DNA of 64,000 bases from Candidatus Zixiibacteriota bacterium (GCA_040235515.1 JBECKX010000179.1:23148-87147); one strand, 5' to 3'; positions 38,064 to 48,037 are shown, counted from the first letter of the stretch. A program made the numbers and translations. The notes: a model not told the origin generated them from the sequence alone.

Positions 38064-38438
38064 CTAGAATGCGCCGTCGCTGTTGGGCGAGTCGTGTTGG
38101 AGCGGCATGATGCAATCCCACATCTCGACAATTTTGCCACTCTCGAACCTGAATAGATGAACCACTGAAATTCCCGGATTGTCTTGAGCGATCTCAAGAT
38201 GCGAGTGTATGGCAACCATGTTGCCTTCGGCGATAGCATTCTTGATCGACAACTTCTTGTTCGGGTTCTGTTTGTAATCATCGATCATCGCTTGTTTGAG
38301 TACGGGGAAGCCGGCTGGAAAATAGATATTGTGATGCTTTCCAGACATGTCGACATACTGCTCGTATGCTGCCTCGAACTTGCCGTCCACAACTAGTTTC
38401 ATGAACTCGATCGCAGCCGCCTTGTTGGTGTTCTCCAT
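38064..38438 (-). CDS. SnoaL/NTF2-like protein
   Basis: NKAAAIEF, HHN, IAEGNMVAIHSH, HLFRFESGKIVEMWD. Confidence 0.85.
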   Translation of the reverse strand: MENTNKAAAIEFMKLVVDGKFEAAYEQYVDMSGKHHNIYFPAGFPVLKQAMIDDYKQNPNKKLSIKNAIAEGNMVAIHSHLEIAQDNPGISVVHLFRFESGKIVEMWDCIMPLQHDSPNSDGAF

Positions 38439-38466
38439 GTCGATCAATCGCTCCTGAGGATTGGGT

Positions 38467-39063
38467 TTACGCTGTTGCCTGCTCCGATATACGCGTGTAG
38501 TTGGCGATAATAACGCCCTTCGACGAGATCTTGCTGTCCGTTAGTTTGAACGCAGCCGAGATTGTACCATCAGAGAAGAGGCGCTTGCCGCTCCCGAGCG
38601 TTATCGGGAAAATCTTGAGCCATAACTCATCGACTAAATCATGCTTCAGGAGCGTCTGCACCAGATTGCCGCTTCCCCAGACGCGCAGATCGGGCCCATC
38701 ATCACCCTTCAATTCCTTGATCTTTGCGACTACATCTCCCGAGAGAAGCACACAGTTTTCCCACTTAAGCTCGCGCGCCGAGTCGTGTGAAGCGACGTAC
38801 TTTCTTACTTCATTGATGCCGGGCCATCCCTCACTATGCTCAGGCCAGAACCCGGCGAAGTTGTCGTAGGTCTTGCGACCGAGCAGCAGTTCGCAACGCT
38901 CCAATGACATCTGTTCACGCATCACCTTACCGGAGATTTCGTCGGCGTAGGGGTGCAGCCACCCGCCATGCTTGAAACCACCGCTCGTGTCCTCTTCGGG
39001 GCCGCCGGGCGCCTGCATGACACCGTCAAGCGTGACGAACTCAATGATGGTTAGCTTTCTCAT
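38467..39063 (-). CDS. Dihydrofolate reductase-like (RibD C-terminal) protein
   Basis: TLDGVMQAPGGPEED, LLLGRKTY, GSGNLVQTL, LGSGKRLF. Confidence 0.9.
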   Translation of the reverse strand: MRKLTIIEFVTLDGVMQAPGGPEEDTSGGFKHGGWLHPYADEISGKVMREQMSLERCELLLGRKTYDNFAGFWPEHSEGWPGINEVRKYVASHDSARELKWENCVLLSGDVVAKIKELKGDDGPDLRVWGSGNLVQTLLKHDLVDELWLKIFPITLGSGKRLFSDGTISAAFKLTDSKISSKGVIIANYTRISEQATA

Positions 39064-39286
39064 AATCCTGCGTCAATGCCTCCGCGCTTTCGCTGCAATC
39101 CATCCGGTGCAGGGATCTGCATTTCCAGGGAGAGTAACGCTCATTGGGGGTCGCTACTCACCTGCACGTGCAGATAGAGCGACTCAGGGGACTGCAGATC
39201 TGCCCGCTTTTGGCCGCAGCCAGTTTCAATACGATTTGAATTTCAGAAGGGAATCAGCGGTCGGTTCGACCGCATGAATTCCAAAA

Positions 39287-39379
39287 TGGCGGAGTGGCAG
39301 GGATTCGAACCCTGGAGACGCTTTTGGCGCCTACACACTTTCCAGGCGTGCTCCTTCAGCCAGACTCGGACACCACTCC
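39287..39379 (-). tRNA. tRNA-Ser(GGA), CCA encoded
   Basis: GGAGTGG acceptor stem, anticodon loop CT-GGA-AA, long variable arm, GGTTCGAATCC, 3' GCCA. Confidence 0.97.
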
Positions 39380-39645
39380 GTGATCGTGCGCAATCGTGAT
39401 CGTGTACAGATCAGGACGGCGAAGGGCTATAGCCATGAGAGGGCATAGCCTCAGGGCGCCGTATCAGGCAGGCAATTTATAATATCGGCGCGAAAATGCA
39501 AACCGAAGTTGCTGCTATTCCAGTGGGGTTTGGAGATAAGAATCCTCCGCAGTTGGCGATCGCCCGGGTTAGCCGAGTTCTACGTACCAGAGCACCGCGG
39601 CGACTGTTATGAGCAGCAGCACGGTGAAGAGCAGGAGCGGGCTAA

Positions 39646-40596
39646 TCAGTCTCTTTTTTTTTTATTCTCGTCCACCGAGAGCTTCTGGGTAGCTTCGGCT
39701 TCTTCGGAATCCACGTCAGCATCCTCCCGAGGAAAATGCTCTTCCGCCAGCGCTTCGATTGCTCCCAGTTCCGGATCTTCGCCCCAGTCGACGGTCAGCC
39801 TGCGCAGTTCGTCGAAATTTTCCGCTTCTTCCTGTTCCTGAACATACGCCACGCAGACCGTAATATTGTCGACGCCGCCGGCATTGTTGGCTTGCTCGAT
39901 CAGCGCTCTGACGAGTTCGTGCGGATTATTTTTCGACTCAAGCGACGCCTTGAGGATGTCGGCATCGCTGATCATTCCGCAAAGACCATCGGAACAGAGT
40001 ATGAAGAGATCATCTTTTCTGAAACGAAGTTGAGAGATGTCGGTTCTGATCGCCGGTTTGGTTCCGAGCGCACGCGTGATTACGTTCTTGTTCACCTGCG
40101 CTTCAGCTTCCGCCTCGGAGATGTTATGTTTCTCCATCACTTCGCTCACCCAGGAGTGATCGACGGTAAGACGCTTGATGGCTCCGTCGCGCACCAGGTA
40201 AACGCGGGAGTCGCCCACATGGCAAACGCTGACAACGCCCTCCTGGAACTTGCACGAGACCACAGTGGTACCGAGACCACCACGAGTTGGATTCAGCCTC
40301 CCATGATCGATAACTCTGTGGTTGGCGGTCGCTATTGCGCCCACCAGGACCTTGCCATCATTGGTGATGTCGTCGGGCCAGCGGAACTCTCTGGAGTTAA
40401 ACCGTTCGGCAGGCACCTGCTTAACGATTGAAGTGATCGTTTCGATAGCGATACCGGAGGCAACTTCTCCGGCTGCATGTCCCCCCATGCCGTCGCAAAC
40501 CACCACCAGATTTTCTTCCGGTACGATGGCGAATGCGTCTTCGTTATGGTCGCGTACGCGACCTACATCTGTATCCCCGGCAAAGGTTATCTTCAT
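39646..40596 (-). CDS. PP2C-type Ser/Thr protein phosphatase (Stp1/PrpC-like)
   Basis: TDVGRVRDHNED, CDGMGGH, HVGDSRVY, LCSDGL, GGVDNIT; acidic C-terminal tail. Confidence 0.95.
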   Translation of the reverse strand: MKITFAGDTDVGRVRDHNEDAFAIVPEENLVVVCDGMGGHAAGEVASGIAIETITSIVKQVPAERFNSREFRWPDDITNDGKVLVGAIATANHRVIDHGRLNPTRGGLGTTVVSCKFQEGVVSVCHVGDSRVYLVRDGAIKRLTVDHSWVSEVMEKHNISEAEAEAQVNKNVITRALGTKPAIRTDISQLRFRKDDLFILCSDGLCGMISDADILKASLESKNNPHELVRALIEQANNAGGVDNITVCVAYVQEQEEAENFDELRRLTVDWGEDPELGAIEALAEEHFPREDADVDSEEAEATQKLSVDENKKKRD

Positions 40597-40603
40597 CTCT
40601 TCG

Positions 40604-41923
40604 TTAGTCTCCCAGGAGCAATACCAGCAGAATTATAGCGAGTACCACGATTACGGCAAGGAGAATAAGTGCTGGTACGAGCATCGCGTTTTTCTTAAGC
40701 GGCTCATAGTTCTCCTGCCCCCTGTAACAGAGTCGAAAGACCACTTCTCCTGTCGGCGCCGGAATAGAGATCACATCCTCCGGCGTAATGTTCTCGCGCT
40801 GATTAGGTTCAATGACTCTACCATTTATGTACGTTCTAAGCTTGCTTTTCTTGTCGACCAGATAGAGAAGTCCATCCTCGCTGGAGATTATCGCGAAGTG
40901 TTCGCGAGAAATCGACTTTTCAAGCTCACCCTTCTCGTTGCGATCAATCACCAGGTCGGCATTGCGCGGATCGCGCCCAACCACGAATTCCCGGCAATCG
41001 ATTTCCTGCGCCCGACCCTTGTATTGACCCGACAATCCGACGAGCGAGTACTCCGCCCGGATGCGTTGTTTCTGTCTTGAGTCAGCGGGTGGCTGCTCCA
41101 CCGGCCGCTGCGCCGGAGGTTCGGTTTGACGCTGCTGCGGCGGCGCCTGTCGTTGCGACTGAGACGGTACGCGCGAGGGCTGTTGCGACTGTGAGCTTGG
41201 CGGCAGGTCAGCAGCGCTGATGATACGAGTCTCCTTCTCACTACCGCGTGGAGGCGGCGGTGGACCTGGCGCTTTCGGCTGTTCCGGCTTCGGAGGCTTT
41301 GTCTTCGGAGGTTCCTGTCTGGCAGTCGTGGGTTTGGGCGGCGGCGCCGGTTTTGCCTGCTGCTGCTGAGGCGGGGGTGATTTCTGCTGGGCCTGGGCGC
41401 GACGCTCCAGCTCTTCGATGTCGATCAGGGTTGTCGCCTTCTCGCTGCCGGCCGGTTTACCGGGAGCAGGCGGCGGTTCGACACTTGCCGGCTTGGCCGC
41501 TTCCGGCTCAGGCGGCGGTGGCGCCATCGGCGTGACCGGGGCTGTGTCCCTGGAAACCGTGCCCTGCGGAGCCGCTGCCTGCGGCTTCTCCGCATGCTCG
41601 GGAGCCGACTCAGGAGCCGGTGTACCAAGCATCGGAGGATAAGTGACTATCACCAGGAAATCTTCAAAAGCGATCTTGTCACCGTCATTCAGCGCCACGC
41701 GATCGCTCCCTGGCTTGCCGTTGACGGTAAACTCGAGTTTGGGGGCGCGGCGTTCGAGATCGTAGCCGGCTGACGACTTGGTCAGGAAGAAAAGGTCACC
41801 TTCGTGCTTGGTGCCCTCCAGGCGTAGATCCATTGCCTCGCCAGCGCCAACTCGTGCGATATTGCCGTCGAATTCGAATACGGTATGACTCTGCCCACCC
41901 TTCAGCACCACGAATCTTGCCAC
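40604..41923 (-). CDS. FHA-domain protein with Pro/Gln-rich linker and C-terminal TM anchor
   Basis: VGRD...ISREHF...TYING FHA domain; degenerate FHA-like N-terminus; hydrophobic C-terminus. Confidence 0.85.
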   Translation of the reverse strand: MARFVVLKGGQSHTVFEFDGNIARVGAGEAMDLRLEGTKHEGDLFFLTKSSAGYDLERRAPKLEFTVNGKPGSDRVALNDGDKIAFEDFLVIVTYPPMLGTPAPESAPEHAEKPQAAAPQGTVSRDTAPVTPMAPPPPEPEAAKPASVEPPPAPGKPAGSEKATTLIDIEELERRAQAQQKSPPPQQQQAKPAPPPKPTTARQEPPKTKPPKPEQPKAPGPPPPPRGSEKETRIISAADLPPSSQSQQPSRVPSQSQRQAPPQQRQTEPPAQRPVEQPPADSRQKQRIRAEYSLVGLSGQYKGRAQEIDCREFVVGRDPRNADLVIDRNEKGELEKSISREHFAIISSEDGLLYLVDKKSKLRTYINGRVIEPNQRENITPEDVISIPAPTGEVVFRLCYRGQENYEPLKKNAMLVPALILLAVIVVLAIILLVLLLGD

Positions 41924-41949
41924 GCTTAATCCTCCAGAATCGCTTCTGG

Positions 41950-43404
41950 TTATCTTCGCTTAATCTTGATTGTCACTATATACTCTTCCCCGGCCTTGAT
42001 CTCTTTCTTCTCATCCTCATTCTTGTAGTTCTCATGCGATGCGATGAACTTGTACTTGGCCGGAGTAAGGTTAACCCTGATCTCCCCATCACTGTCGGTG
42101 CGCCCCAGATTACGATATTGATCTTTGCCATCAAGTTTGAATTCCGCCATCACGACGGCGCCCTCGACCGGTCGACGGTCATTGTCCACCACGACCAACC
42201 GCACGGAGCCGGAGTTCTCATCCTTCGCCGGCTGCTCAACGGTTTCACTTGAAGCACCCGATTGACTCGCAGTTTTCGGACGCATCTGCACGCTGAATTC
42301 TTTGACGTAGGGGGTTATGATCGTGTCTGTTTCGACATAGCCATCAGCTTCAAACACCAGTCGGCACTCGATGCCGGGCAGACGCACCGATGCCGGTGTG
42401 ACATCACTGCTGCCGTGGTCACGTCCCCCGTAGATGATGCGAGTCAGTTTTGCCTTGAGACTTTTCTCCGGGTTGGTGGCATCATAGGCGGATAAATCGA
42501 CGCGACGGAAGAGAGTCACCGGATAGGAGGGTTTACGATCGCCGGCAACGGGGATTTCCAGCACTCGATCTTCGAAGCCATCCTTGCTGATGGTTACCTG
42601 AACGCTGGTTTCGCCGAAGTCGTAGTTAAGCGGAGTTGTGCCCGCCTTAACGCCGGAGCCTTGAATCGTTACCTCCGCACCACTCGGGTAGGAGATGATG
42701 CGTGTCCGCGGCCTGTCGGCGAATGATCCAGAGAACTCAAGCCCGCCTGTCTCCAATTCGCGGAGGTCGAAGTCGGTAGATTGGTAATCGGCGAATTCCG
42801 CCAGGACGATTGGTCCACTATTGAGAGGGCGCTTGCCCCGCATTTCCAGATCGATCGTAATCGTGTCTCCGGCATTGACCGGGAACTTGTAGGGCGTCGT
42901 CGCATTGATATCCTCGCCATTGAGGATAATCCTGGCGCCAACCGGGTCAGAGACGATGTTTATGGAAGTTTGTAAGACGATCGGTTCGGATTCGAAGCGG
43001 GCGAAGTCGACTACAAGTTGAGTATCTGGGCAACAAGGATGCATCAGCCGTACGACGCTGCCTTCCGTCATGGTGAAGGTCAGCGGTGTCGTGCCGATCA
43101 GGGAATCGCCGCTCAATACGGATGCCCCAACGGGCAGGGTCTGAAGTGTGCCGGTTTTGCTCTCCACAATCTGCGGTGGCGGTGGTGAATCATCATCTCC
43201 GCCAAGTTTGGAGATTGCGACGACAGCCACCACAACCAGCAGGAGGATCGCCACCACACCGAGAACGAGGATGGTGCGGTTGCCGCCGAGACCACTGCGC
43301 TTGGCACGATTGATCCGTTCTGCGACCGGCATCCCGCCGATGCGTGTTTCCTGACCGGGTTGCGGTCTTCTCTTCTCGTTGTCGTCAGACGAGTTCGCGT
43401 TCAT
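41950..43404 (-). CDS. Bitopic PEGA-domain protein
   Basis: TM helix followed by repeats of the type (T/S)xPxGAxV...G(A)TTP; C-terminal carboxypeptidase-regulatory-like domain. Confidence 0.82.
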   Translation of the reverse strand: MNANSSDDNEKRRPQPGQETRIGGMPVAERINRAKRSGLGGNRTILVLGVVAILLLVVVAVVAISKLGGDDDSPPPPQIVESKTGTLQTLPVGASVLSGDSLIGTTPLTFTMTEGSVVRLMHPCCPDTQLVVDFARFESEPIVLQTSINIVSDPVGARIILNGEDINATTPYKFPVNAGDTITIDLEMRGKRPLNSGPIVLAEFADYQSTDFDLRELETGGLEFSGSFADRPRTRIISYPSGAEVTIQGSGVKAGTTPLNYDFGETSVQVTISKDGFEDRVLEIPVAGDRKPSYPVTLFRRVDLSAYDATNPEKSLKAKLTRIIYGGRDHGSSDVTPASVRLPGIECRLVFEADGYVETDTIITPYVKEFSVQMRPKTASQSGASSETVEQPAKDENSGSVRLVVVDNDRRPVEGAVVMAEFKLDGKDQYRNLGRTDSDGEIRVNLTPAKYKFIASHENYKNEDEKKEIKAGEEYIVTIKIKRR

Positions 43405-43702
43405 TGAACCTTACCCTATTCAATCAGTAAGAGGTGTTGTCATATTGCGCCGTGCACCGGAGAATCCGATACACACCCACCCGGCACGAAGCGGTCACCT
43501 GGTTCAACCTTGATTGCCATCAAGCGGCTTTGTAACCACTTCGCCGAGCGTTGATTCCTGCCAACCAAACGTATCGGGTAAATTTAGGAGTTTGCACCCA
43601 TTTATCAACAGTAAACTCTCCCAGATTTGCGAGATTGTAACTTGCTGCGTTCTCTGCGCTTGCGCCTTGCGGTCCCCGTTTTGGGCGGTTCTGGAACAAC
43701 AT

Positions 43703-43742
43703 AAAAGACCCTGCCGCGTGGTGTTCGGCAGGGCCTGATTTT
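43703..43742. terminator. Terminator hairpin downstream of the T9SS-type gene pair
   Basis: CCCTGCCG/CGGCAGGG stem flanked by AAAA and TTTTT. Confidence 0.65.
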
Positions 43743-43875
43743 TGCCGAGACCGTAGTATCCGTAGCGTGCGCGAGAAGAATCGAGCCACTACTAAAGGAC
43801 TACGGTATTCGCTCTATTCAACTTTAGGAGCAATCGAGTAAAGTTTATACAGAGATTTTTCTACTTAACAAATAC

Positions 43876-44901
43876 CTACTTCAACAATGTCATCTTGCGC
43901 GTAAGGCTGTAACCATCCGACGAGAGGCGGTAGAAATAGATGCCGCTGCTGGCTTGACGGCCATTCGCGTCGATTCCGTGCCAGGTAAAGGTATGCTCTC
44001 CCGCACCCAGTACGCCATCGAACAGCGTCGCCTGCTTGCGACCGAGGATGTCGTAGACCTCCAGGTTGACGTGGCCGCTCTTCTCCAGATTGAAGGCGAT
44101 ATTCGTTTCCGGGTTGAAGGGGTTAGGGTAGTTCTGCTGCAAGCGGAACTCACCCGGAATCACATAGTCGTTCTCATCGACACTGGTGAGGTTGTCCACC
44201 TTGGTCGTGATCATCTTTGAACCGGAATTGGTACCTTCGAACTGCGAAGTAGCCGTGACTGTCAGGTCATCCTCTTCACCCACAGTAGCGCCGACCGGAA
44301 TCGTAACGCTGACTGTAACTTCAAGAGACTCGCCGGCGAGCAGATAGAAACCGCCGAGGGGTGCATCATGGCTGACCGCCCAGCCTTTATCGCTGGTGGC
44401 GCTGAAGCTGAAGAGGTCGGTGCCGTTACCTTCGTTATTGACGAAGACGGTGTAATCAACAACCGTTCCAGCTTCACCCTGCCCATCATCCGCACCATCG
44501 ACGGAGACGCCGAATGTTTGTTGAACCGATAGTTTCATCAACTTGGTAGCACCAAATTCGGACCAAATGTCATCATCGGGGCCGAGCTCAGTAGCCTGAA
44601 TGCCATTGATGTAGAAATCTATGCTCTCGCCTATGGAGCATCCCTCATCTTCCGGTGAATTCGGATTATCAAGGTAAACAGCCATAAACGTATACAAACC
44701 GGCCTTCATGAAGGTCTTCTCGCCGCAGATAACTCCATCATTGTCGACAGCCTGCAAGATCGCTCCCACTGGAACCGGCAAATCGTTTAATTCGCACGAA
44801 TCGCTGGCCCAAGACATCCACTGCGGTGACTGTGCACTAGCAACACCCATACAGAGTAGCAGAAGGAGTCCGGTCAAGCTAATGATCAACTTATTCTTCA
44901 T
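43876..44901 (-). CDS. Secreted protein with NEW3-like Ig domain and Por/T9SS type-A C-terminal sorting domain
   Basis: Signal peptide; VNNEGNGTDLF Ig domain; LQQNYPNPFNP...SGIYFYRL...TRKMTLLK. Confidence 0.85.
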   Translation of the reverse strand: MKNKLIISLTGLLLLLCMGVASAQSPQWMSWASDSCELNDLPVPVGAILQAVDNDGVICGEKTFMKAGLYTFMAVYLDNPNSPEDEGCSIGESIDFYINGIQATELGPDDDIWSEFGATKLMKLSVQQTFGVSVDGADDGQGEAGTVVDYTVFVNNEGNGTDLFSFSATSDKGWAVSHDAPLGGFYLLAGESLEVTVSVTIPVGATVGEEDDLTVTATSQFEGTNSGSKMITTKVDNLTSVDENDYVIPGEFRLQQNYPNPFNPETNIAFNLEKSGHVNLEVYDILGRKQATLFDGVLGAGEHTFTWHGIDANGRQASSGIYFYRLSSDGYSLTRKMTLLK

Positions 44902-44956
44902 ATCAGATACCTCTTAAATTTCTCTGGAAATATAGAAATCGAACTCTTCTCCGCAA

Positions 44957-46993
44957 CTATTTTACCAGCATCATTTTCTTCGTCTCGGTGAAGTCACCTG
45001 CGGTGAGACGATAAAAGTAGATACCGGAAGGAACCACATTGCCTTCACTGTCATCACCATTCCAGGTGACACCATAGCTGCCAACCGGAAGGGAACGATT
45101 CACGAGAGTGTTGACACGCTCACCGAGGAGGTTGAACACCTCGAGAGATACGAACTCTGTCTTTGGTACGTTGAACTCGATTAACGTTGCTGGGTTAAAC
45201 GGGTTCGGAAAATTCTGCTTAAGTACGAAATCTGTCGGCAATTCGGCTGAAGTGCGCTGCAGGCTGGTGAATTGACCAAGTTGCAGGCGCTGGCCGAACT
45301 GCTCGATCTGGTAGTCTTCATTGACCGGTTGACCATTGACACTAAAATTGACGCGACCGCCGCGTTGGGTGCCCTCATCGACCGGCGTGGAACCGAGATC
45401 GAAGTAGATCGGGGTGAACTTAACTACGCCACCCTGCTCTACCGTTGCGCTGCCGCAGAGATTGCCATCCTCATCGAACACTTCGATCATCGATCCGGCA
45501 GGAACGAGTTCGCCATCCAGGATGATTCCCTCACCATACATGTCGATCCATTCGGGCGTCGGAATCACGCCGCTCTGCGGGACTGCTTTGAAGTCTGCAC
45601 CGGCAAAGGGATCAGTTACAAGCGGAACAAGACCCGGATAGGTCAGGGTGCCGGAGGCGGAAGTTTTCAGCCAATAGCCGAAATGCGGGCTGAGGAAATC
45701 GAGATCGGAAAGAGTCGGCTCATTGGGATCGTATGTCTGTGCGGTGCCATTGAATCCGAGAACGACGATCAGGTCGTCGTGCACTGATGCCAGCGCATCG
45801 ATCGGTGCGAGATCACCATCGGGCAGGTAGCTGACCAGATTCCAGTTTTCTTCCAGCTCGATCGGTGTACCATCCGGAACAGCCATACCGGTTACACAGA
45901 GAACGGTATCACATTCCATGCGGAACCAGTAGCCGTGCAGATGGTCCAGTTCTGACAAAGTTGAAAATTGCGGGAGGTCGGGATCGTAGGTTGCGGCGCC
46001 GGCTTCAAAGCCGAAGATGGCGTCGATGCAGCCCTTGATGTCGGCGATGATAGTCTCAATATCATCACTCGGAGTATCGACATCCCAGCTGATCAGATTC
46101 CAGCCGGCGACCAGATCAATACAGCGAGTCACTTCGACCGGTTCTTCGACAACTTCCAGATGAACCGTTGCCCATTTTTTCTTCGGCACCGCCAGCTCGG
46201 AATATACCGAGAACGAGTCGACGTAGGTGCCGAGGGCGAGACCGGTTACATCGGGGGTGATATCAACGCTGCTGGGAGCGGTTCCGCTCGTCGGTGAAAC
46301 GATGATCCAGCCAGGCAGATCGGCGATCTGCCAGTTCAACGGGTCTTCCCCGATATTGGTGATGCTCATTGCCTGCGATGGCGGATTTACACCTATGACG
46401 GCGGTAAACCAGAATTCATCGGGTTCAAGCAGTGCTTCCGGCACATGTGTCGTCACCTGGATCAGCCCCTCATCGATCGGCGTCGCCACGTCATTACCGT
46501 TCACGTCCATAATCTTGTAGGCTACGTTCGGCGGAATGGTTGTCAGTCCGACGATGATATTCTGTGCGGTAGCGTTCTGGTCAATCGTAATATAGACCTT
46601 CATCAGGAGGCCATCGCCCGGCAGCAACGGCGTCAGCGAATCGGCGTTGAAATCCACGAAGAACTTCGGGGGCTCATTGGTGAGGTTTTTCGTGATGACG
46701 CCGAGACCCTCGATACGTGAGCCGGCAGTCGAGACCGAGTCAATCACGACATCGACGCCGGGCGTGAACGTGAGTGGTACACAGACAAAATCGAGAGTGT
46801 CGCCGTTGAAGAGATAAACCGGATAACAGAGATGCTGCCCATTTGCCGCTGTGGTGTCGGGCATATGGACATAGTTGAGTGCACCGACCTGCTGCGCCTG
46901 GGTATGCGCCGGCAAAATCCCGATCAGAAAAATCAGTGGCAGTAGCAGAAGTGCCATTGGAGTTCTGATCTGCTTAATTGCGTTAACCTTCAT
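44957..46993 (-). CDS. Secreted modular protein: cohesin-like domain, BACON-like domain, tandem WNL repeats, T9SS-type C-terminal domain
   Basis: AGGAGG RBS; signal peptide; LKQNFPNPFNP...KKMMLVK; repeats IDLVAGWNLISW / IELEENWNLVSY. The cohesin call is by eye. Confidence 0.75.
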   Translation of the reverse strand: MKVNAIKQIRTPMALLLLPLIFLIGILPAHTQAQQVGALNYVHMPDTTAANGQHLCYPVYLFNGDTLDFVCVPLTFTPGVDVVIDSVSTAGSRIEGLGVITKNLTNEPPKFFVDFNADSLTPLLPGDGLLMKVYITIDQNATAQNIIVGLTTIPPNVAYKIMDVNGNDVATPIDEGLIQVTTHVPEALLEPDEFWFTAVIGVNPPSQAMSITNIGEDPLNWQIADLPGWIIVSPTSGTAPSSVDITPDVTGLALGTYVDSFSVYSELAVPKKKWATVHLEVVEEPVEVTRCIDLVAGWNLISWDVDTPSDDIETIIADIKGCIDAIFGFEAGAATYDPDLPQFSTLSELDHLHGYWFRMECDTVLCVTGMAVPDGTPIELEENWNLVSYLPDGDLAPIDALASVHDDLIVVLGFNGTAQTYDPNEPTLSDLDFLSPHFGYWLKTSASGTLTYPGLVPLVTDPFAGADFKAVPQSGVIPTPEWIDMYGEGIILDGELVPAGSMIEVFDEDGNLCGSATVEQGGVVKFTPIYFDLGSTPVDEGTQRGGRVNFSVNGQPVNEDYQIEQFGQRLQLGQFTSLQRTSAELPTDFVLKQNFPNPFNPATLIEFNVPKTEFVSLEVFNLLGERVNTLVNRSLPVGSYGVTWNGDDSEGNVVPSGIYFYRLTAGDFTETKKMMLVK

Positions 46994-47469
46994 TTGAGGA
47001 GGACCTCCTGGGTGCTTTAAGCACGGTGAATCGTTCGCGGGCAGCATCTGCTCACGAACTACCTGTAATTCGAATGCATTCGAAGCTTTGTACTTGAATG
47101 TACTTTCAGGATATAGTGCTATCCAATGCTGGGCGAGTAGCTCTTGTCAAACCATCCGATGGGTGTGTCTATCCGTAGAAGGCTGGGCGCACTTCGGGAG
47201 GGCTCTCCATCCTTCGCGCTCAATATATAGTGTCAGGTGGTTCTGTCAAGCTCATTTATCAGCAACCAATATCGCCTAACTGTCTATTTCTTAAACAGTT
47301 ACGGAATTTTTCTGAAGTGACTTATAGGGTGGCGGCGCAACTACCGTTTGACAAAAGCCCTTGGCTTTGATTGATTTAGCCCGAAGAAATATTCGGGGGC
47401 GCTTTGGGAAGTTCGAGGGAAACCGATAAAATCCTATGTAGAGAGACTTCCGGATTCCTGGAGTAGCTT

Positions 47470-47982
47470 GTGCAGATTTCGCGATACATGAGTGTCGACC
47501 TGATTCAACTCGAGATGCAGACTGAATTCATTGAGGTTGAAGAAGATGGCGCAGATATAGAGGTGACCGAAAAAGTCCTGCAGTCGCGCAAAGAGCTGCT
47601 GTTGCAGGAGTGTGTCCAGTTGCTCGATAAGTCAGGAAAAATCAGCAATCCGAGTAAGTTGTTGACCGACTTGTTCAATCGCGAAAAGAAGGCTACCACG
47701 GCGCTCGGGAAGGGGATTGCCATTCCGCATGTGCGCACTATGCAGGCGAAGGAATTCGTGATCGGATTTGCCCGCTCGACTGCCGGCTATGAGTTTGGTG
47801 CGCCTGACAACGAACGTGTCCATCTCTTCGTTCCGATGGCTGCGCCCCCCTACGATGACACTCTCTACCTCAAGGTATTCAAGACACTCGCCGAGCTGTT
47901 TTCTTACCGGCAGTTGTATGAGCAGATCATGACAGCGGAACAACCGTACGATGTGATCCGTGCCATCCAGGAGATTGAGTAG
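47470..47982 (+). CDS. PTS EIIA (Fru/Ntr-type) domain protein
   Basis: REKKATTALGKGIAIPH motif. Confidence 0.88.
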   Translation: MQISRYMSVDLIQLEMQTEFIEVEEDGADIEVTEKVLQSRKELLLQECVQLLDKSGKISNPSKLLTDLFNREKKATTALGKGIAIPHVRTMQAKEFVIGFARSTAGYEFGAPDNERVHLFVPMAAPPYDDTLYLKVFKTLAELFSYRQLYEQIMTAEQPYDVIRAIQEIE

Positions 47983-48037
47983 GGAGTGGGGGAAGCCGTA
48001 AGCTGAGCAGAGCTGTTAAACTGGCTGGACAAAAGAG

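Noticed and set aside
22122..39316. Near-identical 27-bp direct repeat (CGGAG[A/T]GGCAGGGATTCGAACCCTGGA) at 22122 and 39290, resembling attL/attR of an island
   Set aside because: Both copies are the 3' halves of complete tRNA-Ser genes with different anticodons. No integrase lies between them and the interval contains tadA.
41080..41640. Repetitive-looking GC-rich DNA in the FHA gene
   Set aside because: It encodes a Pro/Gln/Ala low-complexity linker and is not a discrete DNA repeat.
43403..43507. TTGAACC...GGTTCAA inverted pair reminiscent of 6S RNA
   Set aside because: It overlaps the PEGA start codon and the interior does not form a convincing continuous rod.
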